Positions 51,274-64,000 of a stretch of 64,000 bases of DNA are shown here, piece by piece (within the stretch, counting starts at the first letter, position 1; each line of letters opens with the position of its first letter). The translations under genes and the position numbers were made by a program. Origin of the DNA: Tubiluchus corallicola. Lineage: Eukaryota; Animalia; Priapulida. The stretch spans positions 62,001 through 126,000 of the forward strand of contig JAQGDQ010000355.1 of assembly GCA_030141605.1 (NCBI GenBank), given 5' to 3'. The notes beneath the pieces are model-generated. The model was given only the letters and a program-made list of their open reading frames with translations, had not been told where the DNA came from and searched no databases.

Positions 51274-53237
51274 ATAGGGGAAGGGAGTAAAAGACCGTAT
51301 GGTCGTTCCTTTTCCCCACACATAGGGGAAGGGAGTAAAAGACTGTAAGGTCGTTCCCTTTCCCCACACATAAGGGAAGGGAGTAAAAGATCGTATAGTC
51401 GTTCCCTTTCCCCACACATAGGGGCAGGGAGCAAAAGACCGTATGGTCGTTCTCTCTCCCCACACATAGGGGAAGGGAGTAAAAGACCGTATGGTCGTTC
51501 TCTTTCCCCACACATAGGGGAAGGGAGTAAAAGACTGTATGGTCATTCCCTTTCCCCACGCATAGGGGAAGGGAGTAAAATACTGTATGGTCATTCCCTT
51601 TCCCCACACATAGGGGAAGGGAGTAAAAGACCGTATGGTCGTTCCCTTTCCCCACACATAGGGGAAGGGAGTAAAAGACTGTATGGTCGTTCCCTTTCCC
51701 CACACATAGGGGAAGGGAGCAAAAGACCGTATGGTCGTTCCCTTTCCCCACACATAGGGGAAGGGAATAAAAGACCGTATGGTCGTTCCCTTTCCCCACA
51801 CATAGGGGAAGGGAGTAAAAGACCGTATGGTCGTTCCCTTTCCCCACACATAGGGGAAGGGAGCAAAAGACCGTATGGTCGTTCTCTTTCCCCACACATA
51901 GGGGAAGGGAGTAAAAGACTGTATGGTTGTTCCCTTTCCCCACACATAGGGGAAGGGAGCAAAAGACCGTATGGTCGTTCTCTTTCCCCACACATAGGGG
52001 AAGGGAGTAAAAGACGGTATGGTCGTTCCCTTTCCCCACACATAGGGAAAGGGAGCAAAAGACCGTATGGTCGTTCCCTTTCCCCACACATAGGGGAAGG
52101 GAATAAAAGACCGTATGGTCGTTCCCTTTCCCCACACATAGGGGAAGGGAGTAAAAGACCGTATGGTCGTTCCCTTTCCCCACACATAGGGGAAGGGAGC
52201 AAAAGACCGTATGGTCGTTCTCTTTCCCCACACATAGGGGAAGGGAGCAAAAGACCGTATGGTCGTTCTCTTTCCCCACACATAGGGGAAGGGAGCAAAA
52301 GACCGTGTGGTCGTTCCCTTTCCCCACACATAGGGGAAGGGAGTAAAAGACCGTATGGTCGTTCCCTTTCCCCACACATAGGGGAAGGGAGCAAAAGACC
52401 GTATGGTCGTTCCCTTTCCCCACACATAGGGGAAGGGAGCAAAAGACCGTGTGGTCGTTCCCTTTCTCCACACGTAGGGAAGGGAGTAAAAGACCGTATA
52501 GTCGTTCCCTTTCCCCACACATAGGGGAAGGGAGCAAAAGACCGTATGGTCGTTCCCTTTCCCCACACATATGGGAAGGGAGCAAAAGACCGTATGGTCG
52601 TTCCCTTTCCCCACACATAGGGGAAGGGAGCAAAAGACCGTGTGGTCGTTCCCTTTCTCCACACGTAGGGAAGGGAGCAAAAGACCGTATAGTCGTTCCC
52701 TTTCCCCACACATAGGGGAAGGGAGCAAAAGACCGTATGGTCGTTCTCTTTCCCCACACATAGGGGAAGGGAGCAAAAGACCGTATGGTCGTTCCCTTTC
52801 CCCACACATAGGGGAAGGGAGCAAAAGACCGTATGGTCGTTCTCTTTCCCCACACATAGGGGAAGGGAGCAAAAGACCGTATGGTCGTTCCCTTTCCCCA
52901 CACATAGGGGAAGGGAGCAAAAGACCGTATGGTCGTTCCCTTTCCCCACACATAGGGGAAGGGAGCAAAAGACCGTATGGTCGTTCCCTTTCCCCACACA
53001 TAGGGGAAGGGAGCAAAAGACCGTATGGTCGTTCCCTTTCCCCACACATAGGGGAAGGGAGCAAAAGACCGTATGGTCGTTCCCTTTCCCCACACATAGG
53101 GGAAGGGAGCAAAAGACCGTATGGTCGTTCCCTTTCCCCACACATAGGGGAAGGGAGCAAAAGACCGTATGGTCGCTCCCTTTCCCCACACATAGGGGAA
53201 GGGAGCAAAAGACCGTATGGTCGTTCCCTTTCCCCAC
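51274..53237. repeat. 48-bp hairpin minisatellite, ~41 units
   Basis: Unit ataggggaagggagcaaaagaccgtatggtcgttccctttccccacac. Confidence 0.97.
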
Positions 53238-53586
53238 AGTATTTAAATATTTACTTGTAAACTGACTACAATTTGTATTTCAGTAACAAACTTGTGAAAT
53301 AAAATTTCTTATGTTTCATGTGCTTGTTGTTGCTGTTGATAAAAGACTTGGTTTCAAATTTTGTACAATCAGGTTAGATTATCATTTTAAAGACTTTAAA
53401 ACAGAATTACGCTTATTAAAGATTAATATTAATATTATTAAAAATTCAATGTGAAAGGATTAACTTTCATGTGAAACTCCTCGATCTGATTGATTTTACA
53501 AGTAGCTATCCCATGAGTGTAAACTAGTCGTCTTAATTTCTGGTTCCTCTCATCTCTAAGGAAAAAACAATAAGATACCATCTTAC

Positions 53587-53715
53587 CACATATGCATTAT
53601 CAAGCACAGAAGCCTTGTATGGCGCCCCAATAAAAACCGGGTTAAGATCAGGACTAAATACTATTTCCGCTGTAAGATTTGTCGTGTTTGAAAAAGTTAC
53701 ATCTATCCCGCAATC
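53587..53715 (-). CDS. Cadherin-like gene exon
   Basis: DCG...SNTTNLTAEIVFSPDLNPVFIGAPYKASVLDNAYV; tttgcag| and |gtaaga. Confidence 0.8.
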
Positions 53716-54572
53716 CTGCAAAAACAGAGTACTTTAATCAGCATACAAAATAGAATTTTTCATTTTCGTTTATTGAAAGTTCATTTCGTCACGTTAAAAT
53801 GCGATATAAGTTAAAAAAAATCACATTAAAAGAAATGGAATTAAAGAACAAAAAACTTCATGAAAAATGAATTTATTGCTGAGCGGCTGTGAACAAAACT
53901 GCTTATTACCAAGGCACCTAAAACAAACAAATTTACCAGAGTTTTGAAGCAACATTGAAATACAATTCCGTAGTTAATAGCCAAAAAATATATGATATAA
54001 TATGATATAGATAATTTAACAATTTGCCTTACCGGCTACATTATCTTGATTGGTATGAAATTTGTTGACACTTCTGAAACAAACAAACCATTATGTTAGT
54101 AGTAACAGAACTATCATTGTTAGGGAGCTGCCATTTTGTTGTACTGAAATCCACTAATCATAATGCACTAATAGAGTGTTAAATAGTTTCATACTAATTA
54201 AGGTAATGAAGTATGTAAGGTCCATTGCTAAATTATCATTATAATATTATATTATATACAATTTTTGGCTATTAACTGCTGAATTGTATTTCGATGTTGT
54301 TTCAAAATTCTGGTAACTTTCTTTGTTTTAGATGCGTTGATAATGAAAAGTTTTGTTAGAAGCCAGTAAGAAATAAATTCCACTATGAATTACATTTATT
54401 TGCCAAATATGGAAAATTCTAACTTTTATATAATACAGTAGAATGCAATGTTTATTGTCAAGAAAGGATTGCGTTCTTAAATCAAATATCAGATATCTTT
54501 CCAGAATTCGCATCACGTGTGATATTGATAAAGTTTATATTTTTAAACAAAAGTGGAGATGTGGAAGTAATA

Positions 54573-54772
<200 letters not shown>

Positions 54773-54788
54773 ATACAAAACTTTATAC

Positions 54789-54891
54789 CTGTGCTTTTAT
54801 GATCAAGTAGAATGCGTCAACTTCTCTGAATAAAAACCGTTCTTTCAGAACTATAGTGCCGTCCTTTTTTGTTCGGAAAGTCAAAATATTT
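54789..54891 (-). CDS. Cadherin-like gene exon with an apparent +1 frameshift
   Basis: KYFDFPNK/KDGTIVLKERFLFREVDAFYLIIKAQ|gtataa; 103 nt between phase-0 junctions. Confidence 0.65.
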
Positions 54892-56286
54892 CTAATAGTA
54901 AAAAAAACACATGCTCAAGGTTGAATAAATTAATTGAATAATTAAGTTGAATAATTAAGCACACGTATGAAAGTAGTGATTATATCAATCAGCACGCGTA
55001 TACCATACTACCTTTAATCAAATTTATTTTCTTCTTACAGTGTATTGGTTTATTGCATATCCAATGAGGCAAAGAAAGAAGCTCTTTCAGTATCATAGAA
55101 AACAACTTTTACAAAAAACTTATAAAATTTTTAAAAAAATGTCACAGACGTTTCGACTGCAGGCCGCAGAAAGTTTGTCTATGTGCCTTAATAAGTCTCC
55201 TCTTAATGTACCACTTTCTTTACAAGCAAATAGCAGTACCTTACCGTTTCTCTTTCTTTTCCATGGGTCTGTTAATTCACTATATATTTGGCTTCTTTGC
55301 ACATATATAATTAGAGAAATTCTGTAGGCTCTGACTAGTTGTTTGTTTGTGTAGTCTATCGCTGATGTTGATTGAATGTTGCAGTCGAAACGTTTGTGAC
55401 ATGTTTTTAGTTCTTCAGGACCGTAAGATTTAGCTGCATTTTGCATTGGTTGATGAAAAACTGCTCTCACTAAGCAACGATTATGTTATATTTGATAATT
55501 TTTGTAACTCCTCACACAATGGATTTTCAAGGAAAATTATATATGAAATGCATTTGCTCACTTTAGACAAATTAAAAAAATCAATTTTTGATGAAAAATT
55601 TGAAAACAGGTTTTCAATAATTGCAGTGTTTGCACTGTAACAATGTGCAATGCTAGTGCAGAAAATTTCAACTATCCAGACACAACACACTGATAAACTT
55701 TGGAGTCAAGTCAACTTCAAGGAGAAATTTTCCTGCTGAAAATGAAATGGACTATTTTCTCGTTGGCTGATCGGTTGGTTTTTCCTAGAACTCCGTACAA
55801 CAGTTAGTTGTCTTGGGCTGTACAAGCAGGCCATCAAAAGATAGTGCGTACGATTACAAAAGTGTACACCAGACTAAGATGCTCAATAAGCTAAACAGGA
55901 GTGCCTGAAATGGGCGTAATCCATCCAATTAAATCACTCATATTTGTTTAAATAAATAGCATGATTGGATATCCGAGATTCTCCAGAATAGAACAGGAAC
56001 CTAATTTGTAACCATTTAGTTATGTCTGGGCTCATACAGTAGCAGAAAAGTCGTAGGTCTTATAAGACCTATTTTGAATGGTCTTATATCCTGAAGATCA
56101 TGAATTATAAAATTTTATAAGTTTTTAATAGAAGTCGGCTTTTTTGTGCATATACATGTACTGCCTTTGTGTTATCAAGTTTCTTCCTTAATAATATTAC
56201 ATTTAGAACCATTCTGGAGTCTTTTCATTTATTATCATTCGTATTTTTACAAAGATTTAGCCAAAATTCTCTGGCACTGTACTTAC

Positions 56287-56391
56287 TTGAAATTGGCAAG
56301 TTTCAATTGAAAAATCAATAACATTGTTAGGCTCTGTGTAATCGTCATCTCTAGCTTCTACTTTGAAAAGCGTTTTGCCAATAGCTGTGTA
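56287..56391 (-). CDS. Cadherin-like gene exon
   Basis: YTAIGKTLFKVEARDDDYTEPNNVIDFSIETCQFQ with an AxDxD motif; ttttag| and |gtaagt. Confidence 0.8.
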
Positions 56392-56669
56392 CTAAAAAAT
56401 AAACTAAATAAGATTTAAGAAATGGAAAATATCGTGAAGGCAGAAAAATCATATTTAGTAACATTTCTGCTAAACACTAACATTCTCCACCGGATATGTC
56501 CTTCCTGATTCTCAAATATGAAATATAAAACAATCAAGCAAAAAAGGGAATGGAATAAGATGTGAGGCAAGGTTACAATGTGAGGGTTTGTTGTCTTAGA
56601 TTGTATAATTGCATATAGATATATAAATACAAATGGTATAATTAAAATAAGTATATTCAATCCATCTTT

Positions 56670-59437
56670 ACCATTGATGATGAGGAAGTCCATACCTTCA
56701 CCATTGATGTTGAGGAAGTCCATACCTTCACCATTGATGATGACGAAGTCCATACCTTCACCATCGATGATGAGGAAGTCCATACCTTCACCAGTGATGA
56801 GGAAGTCCATACCTTCACCATTGACGATGAGGAAGTCCATACCTTCACCATTGATGATGAGGAAGTCCATACCTTCACCATTGATGATGAGGAAGTCCAT
56901 ACCTTCACCATCGATGATGAGGAAGTCCAAACCTTCACCATTGATGATGAGGAAGTCCAAACCTTCACCATTGATGATGAGGAAGTCCATACCTTCACCA
57001 TCGATGATGAGGAAGTCCATACCTTCACCAGTGATGAGGAAGTCCATACCTTCACCATCGATGATGAGGAAGTCCATACCTTCACCATCGATGATGAGGA
57101 AGTCCATACCTTCACCAGTGATGAGGAAGTCCATACCTTCACCATCGATGATGAGGAAGTCCATACCTTCACCATTGATGATGAGGAAGTCCAAACCTTC
57201 ACCATCGATGATGAGGAAGTCCATACCTTCACCATTGATGATGAGGAAGTCCATACCTTCACCAGTGATGAGGAAGTCCATACCTTCACCATTGATGATG
57301 AGGAAGTCCATACCTTCACCATCGATGATGAGGAAGTCCATACCTTCACCATTGATGATGAGGAAGTCCATACCTTCACCAGTGATGAGGAAGTCCATAC
57401 CTTCACCATTGATGATGAGGAAGTCCCTACCTTCACCATCGATGATGAGGAAGTCCATACCTTCACCAGTGATGAGGAAGTCCATACCTTCACCATTGAT
57501 GATGAGGAAGTCCATACCTTCACCATCGATGATGAGGAAGTCCATACCTTCACCATCGATGATGAGGAAGTCCATACCTTCACCAGTGATGAGGAAGTCC
57601 ATACTTTCACCATCGATGATGAGGAAGTCCATACCTTCACCAGTGATGAGGAAGTCCATACCTTCACCATCGATGATGAGGAAGTCCATACCTTCACCAT
57701 CGATGATGAGGAAGTCCATACCTTCACCATTGATGATGAGGAAGTCCCTACCTTCACCATCGATGATGAGGAAGTCCATACCTTCACCAGTGATGAGGAA
57801 GTCCATACCTTCACCATTGATGATGAGGAAGTCCCTACCTTCACCATCGATGATGAGGAAGTCCATACCTTCACCATCGATGATGAGGAAGTCCATACCT
57901 TCACCAGTGATGAGGAAGTCCATACTTTCACCATCGATGATGAGGAAGTCCATACCTTCACCAGTGTTGAGGAAGTCCATACATTCACCATTGATGATGA
58001 GGAAGTCCATACCTTCACCAGTGATGAGGAAGTCCAAACCTTCACCAGTGATGAGGAAGTCCATACTTTCACCATTGATGATGAGGAAGTCCATACCTTC
58101 ACCATCGATGATGAGGAAGTCCATACCTTCACCAGTGATGAGGAAGTCCATACTTTCACCATCGATGATGAGGAAGTCCATACCTTCACCATCGATGATG
58201 AGGAAGTCCATACCTTCACCAGTGATGAGGAAGTCCAAACCTTCACCAGTGATGAGGAAGTCCATACCTTCACCATTGATGATGAGGAAGTCCATACCTT
58301 CACCATCGATGATGAGGAAGTCCATACCTTCACCAGTGATGAGGAAGTCCATACTTTCACCATCGATGATGAGGAAGTCCATACATTCACCATTGATGAT
58401 GAGGAAGTCCATACCTTCACCAGTGATGAGGAAGTCCAAACCTTCACCAGTGATGAGGAAGTCCATACCTTCACCATTGATGATGAGGAAGTCCATACCT
58501 TCACCATCGATGATGAGGAAGTCCATACCTTCACCAGTGATGAGGAAGTCCATACTTTCACCATCGATGATGAGGAAGTCCATACCTTCACCAGTGATGA
58601 GGAAGTCCATACTTTCACCATTGATGATGAGGAAGTCCATACCTTCACCATTGATGACGAGGAAGTCCCTACCTTCACCATCGATGATGAGGAAGTCCAT
58701 ACCTTCACCAGTGATGAGGAAGTCCCTACCTTCACCATCGATGATGAGGAAGTCCATACCTTCACCAGTGATGAGGAAGTCCCTACCTTCACCATCGATG
58801 ATGAGGAAGTCCATACCTTCACCAGTGATGAGGAAGTCCATACTTTCACCATTGATGATGAGGAAGTCCCTACCTTCACCATTGATGATGAGGAAGTCCA
58901 TACCTTCACCATTGATGATGAGGAAGTCCATACTTTCACCATTGATGATGAGGAAGTCCATACCTTCACCATTGATGATGAGGAAGTCCATACCTTCACC
59001 ATCGATGATGAGGAAGTCAATACCTTCACCATTGATGATGAGGAAGTCCATACTTTCACCATTGATGATGAGGAAGTCCCTACCTTCACCATTGATGATG
59101 AGGAAGTCCATACCTTCACCATAGATGATGACGAAGTCCATACTTTCACCATTGATGATGAGGAAGTCCCTACCTTCACCATCGATGATGAGGAAGTCCA
59201 TACCTTCACCAGTGATGAGGAAGTCCATACCTTCACCATTGATGATGAGGAAGTCCCTACCTTCACCATCGATGAGGAAGTCCATACCTTCACCAGTGTT
59301 GAGGAAGTCCATACATTCACCATTGATGATGACGAAGTCCATACCTTCACCAGTGATGAGGAAGTCCATACCTTCACCATTGACGATGAGGAAGTCCAAA
59401 CCTTCACCATCGATGATGAGGAAGTCCATACCTTCAC
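56670..59437. repeat. 30/27-bp minisatellite, ~95 units, in-frame
   Basis: Units accattgatgatgaggaagtccataccttc and accagtgatgaggaagtccataccttc. Confidence 0.97.
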
Positions 59438-59723
59438 AATTGAGGGAGAACGACTTCCAAACTCTAGTTCTCTTACTCCACCAAGCGGAGGTCCACGAGC
59501 TGAACACCACTCACCCCTAACAACTTACTACTTGGTCAATTACGAGGACAACTCTCACAGCCCTTAGTAGTTTAACAAGATTTAAATCTACGACACAGAT
59601 GGAGGCGAATTCAAGAATTACTCCATTACAGGAAGAGATGCCAACATGAGTTGCTGTTTCTGTTAGACATGAGTTAAGTACACAGCTTGCCTAAAAAATT
59701 TAGTTTTGTGTGTTGTTGGGTGA

Positions 59724-60398
59724 GTTGACTTTGCACACCTCTAGCAAGAGGTTATGTTGCACACTGTGTTAGTAACCCGATCTTAACTTGATATACAAAA
59801 TATCTTCCAAAGATGTCTTCATAGCATCCATGTTTGTCATCCTTATAAAAGTGTTGAAACAACAGCAACGCTGCATACTAATATCTTGGTTTGCAAAAGA
59901 TCACTGTTACCAAATATCCTGTCTTTGTCTACCGTAAGAATAGTCGCCCCATTACTGTCTTGAATCGCTCTTTTAACGTACTAGTGGATATCTGTTATCC
60001 AGGGAGCTCATAAAGCTATCAGTAATCGTTATAGATACACTACTAATCTAGACCATATTCTATTTTCATGTAGGTTTATGCAAGCTCTAACATCTTTATT
60101 AACTGCCTGGCTTGCAGATGCTTGCTTGTATGTTAAAGAGATGATTCAAGAAAGTAATTATTACTTTTGGCGTGAAAGCTCTTGTTACGGTTGACAAAGG
60201 GAGAATATTTCATAACAGTGATCTTTTGCAAAGCAAGATATTAGTATACAGCGTTGCTGTTGTTTCAACACTTTTGTAAGGATTTTAAACATGGATGCTA
60301 CGAAAATATCCTTGGAAGATATTTTGTAGTTCATGCTAAGATCGGGTCACTAACACAGTGCGCAGCATAACGTCTTGCTAGAGGTGTGCAAGGTCAAC
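59724..60398. mobile_element. Foldback/MITE-like element with ~210-bp inverted arms
   Basis: 59724-59937 is the diverged reverse complement of 60185-60398. Confidence 0.75.
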
Positions 60399-60604
60399 GA
60401 GTCGGTAACACAGACGGGTCTGTTGCATCAATTACTGTACTGCTCAATTAATTGAAAATCTTTCACGTTCTCAATATTTAGTGTGGTTGTCTCGTGTGTC
60501 TTTCACAGCGTGCAATCTGGAGCAGTATGTCCAGAAACTCGAACAGATCAAAGTCGAAATCAAGGTCATTCTTGGAAGGGCTCTTCCAAGGACGTTTTTT
60601 GAAT

Positions 60605-61910
60605 ATCAATCAGTGGTATGTCCTTAGATCATCTCAGGCATCCACTCTACCATTTTCTGGACAATCAATCAGTGGTATGTCCTTAGATCATCTCAGGCAT
60701 CCACTCTACCGTTTTCAGGGCAATCAATCAGTGGTATGTTCTTAGATCATCTCAGGCATCCACTCTACCGTTTTCAGGACAAACAATCAGTGGTATGTTC
60801 TTAGATCATCTCAGGCATCCACTCTACCGTTTTCAGGGCAATCAATCAGTGGTATGTTCTTAGATCATCTCAGGCAGCCACTCTACCGTTTTCAGGGCAA
60901 TCAATCAGTGGTATGTTCTTAGATCATCTCAGGCATCCAATCTACCGTTTTCAGGACAATCAATCAGTGGTATGTTCTTAGATCATCTCAGGCAGCCACT
61001 CTACCGTTTTCAGGGCAATCAATCAGTGGTATGTTCTTAGATCATCTCAGGCAGCCACTCTACCGTTTTCAGGGCAATCAATCAGTGGTATGTGCTTAGA
61101 TCATCTCAGGTATTCACTCTACCGTTTTCAGGGTAATCAATCAGTGGTATGTTCTTAGATCATCTCAGGCATCCACTCTACCGTTTTCAGGACAATCAAT
61201 CAGTGGTATGTGCTTAGATCATCTCAGGCATCCACTCTACCGTTTTCAGGGCAATCAATCAGTGGTATGTTCTTAGATCATCTCAGGCATCCACTCTACC
61301 GTTTTCAGGACAATCAATCAGTGGTATGTTCTTAGATCATCTCAGGCATCCACTCTACCGTTTTCAGGACAATCAATCAGAGGTATGTTCTTAGATCATC
61401 TCAGTCATCCACTCTACCGTTTTCAGGGTAATCAATCAGTGGTATGTTCTTAGATCATCTCAGGCTTCCACTCTACCATTTTCAGGACAATCAATCAGTG
61501 GTATGTTCTTAGATCATCTCAGGCATCCACTCTACCGTTTTCAGGACAATCAATCAGTGGTATGTTGTTAGATCATCTCAGGCATCCACTCTACCGTTTT
61601 CAGGGTAATCAATCAATGGTATGTTCTTAGATCATCTCAGGCATCCACTCTACCGTTTTCAGGACAATCAATCAGTGGTATGTTCTTAGATCATCTCAGT
61701 CATCCACTCTACCGTTTTCAGGACAATCAATCAGTGGTATGTTCTTAGATCATCTCAGTCATCCACTCTACCGTTTTCAGGGTAATCAATCAGTGGTATG
61801 TTCTTAGATCATCTCAGGCTTCCACTCTACCATTTTCAGGACAATCAATCAGTGGTATGTTCTTAGATCATCTCGGTCATCCACTCTACCGTTTTCAGGG
61901 CAAACAATCA
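60605..61910. repeat. 59-bp minisatellite, ~22 units
   Basis: Unit atcaatcagtggtatgttcttagatcatctcaggcatccactctaccgttttcaggaca. Confidence 0.97.
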
Positions 61911-63047
61911 ATCAATCCTTCACAACTCCAATGCGTTCAGCAGGATTGAGCAAATTTTCAAGCTACTCAATTTGATCTGCTTCAATCTTACCAACATGAC
62001 TGCAAGCTGGTCTAGATGCGCAGAGGCTCCCATACTAAATATTAGGGGTATAACAGATTTTTCATTGACTGACGAATACCTTTTTGGCTCAACAAATTGA
62101 TAAGTATGTCTACTCATTATTTTACACTTTCTGTAACAGAAGTTTATGTTTGTAAAAAAAGTACGTAGGAGCACTTAGGAATATTTAGGAAAACAAATAC
62201 GACTAGTGTGGATACTGCAAAAAGATATACCGTATACAATCGCTTATTAATTAGAAAGGCTAAATAAAAAAAATCTAGTGGAAATGTTTCATACCTCACT
62301 GACGTACAATATTGCATGATACGGCGTGCCAACAAAATATGGGGTTTTATCATTGACATCAATTAAGCTGATTCTGATACGAGTCCATGTTGTCTGTAAA
62401 CAAACGATTGCGATTCATCATTCATTAGAGGTTTTATAGTAGCCCTGTCTCTTACCATTTAACATGTCATCTAATATGCCCATCTGATATTCCAAACTAT
62501 GACAATTAACATGATAATTAAACACTCTCAGGCAGCCCTGCATCTTACTATAGAGATTTGTTAGACATAGCAGTGCCAGTAAGTTGCAATGCTAACAATT
62601 GCTCTCATACTTTCAAACCTGCGAGACTGGAGTACAAACTGCCTTTCTGACTGACTGACTAAGTGAGTGATTAATTGAGCAACAGACATCTACTAACTGT
62701 GACAGATTTTCCGGTGTGCAAAAACTGTAAGTAGGTACAGCTGTGGCGTACCCCCGTAGTACGCGAAGTTAGGTATCGCCGAGCCTGGGCATTAAATGGA
62801 TAGGCGATGACTTGGAAGACTTATAACGGACAGTTTAGTCTGCTCTTCGAACCTCGCTTATTTAACATCATTGACGGAAGATAAACATAAACATTTTTGC
62901 AGTCAAGAGCCTGATTGTTGGAGTCTACTGGTAATTAAACAGGTTTCAGTCCCGCTTTAAGCATTTGCACTGAAAAACTCGTCCTTTTGGTGGTTGCATC
63001 TTGGCTTCTTGCAGAACACAAAATCGTATAATACGCGTTTTGTTTAC

Positions 63048-63200
63048 CTTATGACGTCGAAATATGCAGAGTTCTAATATTCTTGTATAATTCAACATAT
63101 CTTTGTATTTATCCCAGTTTCTGTAATCTTTGGCAAAAATAGTGTACATCTGAAAGTCTGAATTGTTGAACTCTCTCACACATTTAAAGTTATGGTGCAC
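63048..63200 (-). CDS. Candidate upstream exon of the - strand gene
   Basis: tttatacag|GTG...51 open codons...AAG|gtaaac; no recognisable domain; another candidate at ~61993-62130 (FVEPKRYSSVNE). Confidence 0.3.
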
Positions 63201-63461
63201 CTGTATAAAGATAAATGCTTAGAAGATAAAGCATGAACGTACGTGCTGAACATAACTTGTTTTTGTGAGTAGGCTTGAAATAAGAAAAAAAATTCCTTGG
63301 GATTCAATCACCCAGGAGCTTGAACAAAACGTTGAAGCCACTTTATAGTCTCACAAAAAATTGTTTCTTTCTTTCAGGGTAAACTAATGTGCTATTGTAA
63401 GACTATAAAGGGCATTCCTCATAAAGTAAAGAAATAAATAATCTCTTTTGAGACCAATGCA

Positions 63462-64000
63462 TAAAGTGCATTCCTTGTGCAGTAAAGTAAGCTATTATGA
63501 AATTACAAAGTGTATTCCTCCTGAAGTAAAGAAATGAGTAAGCTATTATGAAATTACAAAGTGCATTCCTCCTGAGGTAAAGAAATGTGTAAGCTATTTT
63601 GAGATTATAAAGTGCATTCCTTCTGAATTAAAGAAATGAGTAAACTATTGTGCGTCCATAAAGTGCATTCCTCCTGAAGTAAAGAAATGAGTAAACTATT
63701 ATGAGATTATAAAGTGCATTCCTCCTGAAGTAAAGAAATGAGTAAACTATTATGAGATTATAAAGTGCATTCCTCCTGAAGTAAAGAAATGAGTAAACTA
63801 TTATGAGATTATAAAGTGCATTCCTCCTGAAGTAAAGAAATGAGTAAACTATTATGAGATTACAAAGTGCAAGTGCAAGAAATGAGTAAGCTATTGTGCG
63901 TCTATCAAGTGCATTCCTTCTGAAGTAAAGAAATGAGTAAACTATTATGAGATTATAAAGTGCATTTCTTCTGAAGTAAAGAAATGAGTAATCTATTGTG
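63462..64000. repeat. 51-bp minisatellite running off the window end
   Basis: Unit aaagtgcattcctcctgaagtaaagaaatgagtaaactattatgagattat. Confidence 0.95.

Noticed and set aside
51203-53260. Long ORFs of 548-662 aa
   Set aside because: Artefacts of a 48-bp stop-free repeat; 47-bp units switch frames, which argues against coding
53910-54073. Possible 41-nt exon (54033-54073) and 8-nt microexon (53910-53917) on the - strand
   Set aside because: Exon 54789 joins 53715 directly to give the cadherin AQDCG motif, so they are not needed
55120-55470. 116-aa - strand ORF as a cadherin exon
   Set aside because: Overlaps an inverted-repeat TE relic and its phases do not fit
56415-59510. 1031, 926 and 816 aa ORFs over the 30/27-bp array
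   Set aside because: Open only because units are multiples of 3; variants look less synonymous than in the unlisted + frame; no splice link to the cadherin exons

Overview
AT-rich animal (invertebrate-type) nuclear DNA with spliceosomal introns; no prokaryotic features. It holds (1) a + strand 10-exon gene (15172-31161, ~1548 aa by my exon joining): signal peptide, type-2 chitin-binding domain, ~22 sushi/CCP modules and 2 EGF modules that closely resemble the SVEP1/polydom C-terminus; (2) a - strand gene with divergent cadherin-like repeats (core exons 46953-56391, candidates out to 40860 and 63200) with an apparent +1 frameshift; (3) a 6.7-kb Gmr1-like Gypsy LTR element (IN before RT-RH) with an intact pol ORF but no gag or protease; (4) two copies of a 5S rRNA-headed SINE whose body and tail look RTE-derived, plus a second bipartite RTE derivative; (5) many MITE-like DNA elements, LINE relics, microsatellites and six minisatellite arrays, several with unusual internal structure. 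Exon joins and family assignments were made by eye from motifs, not database searches.
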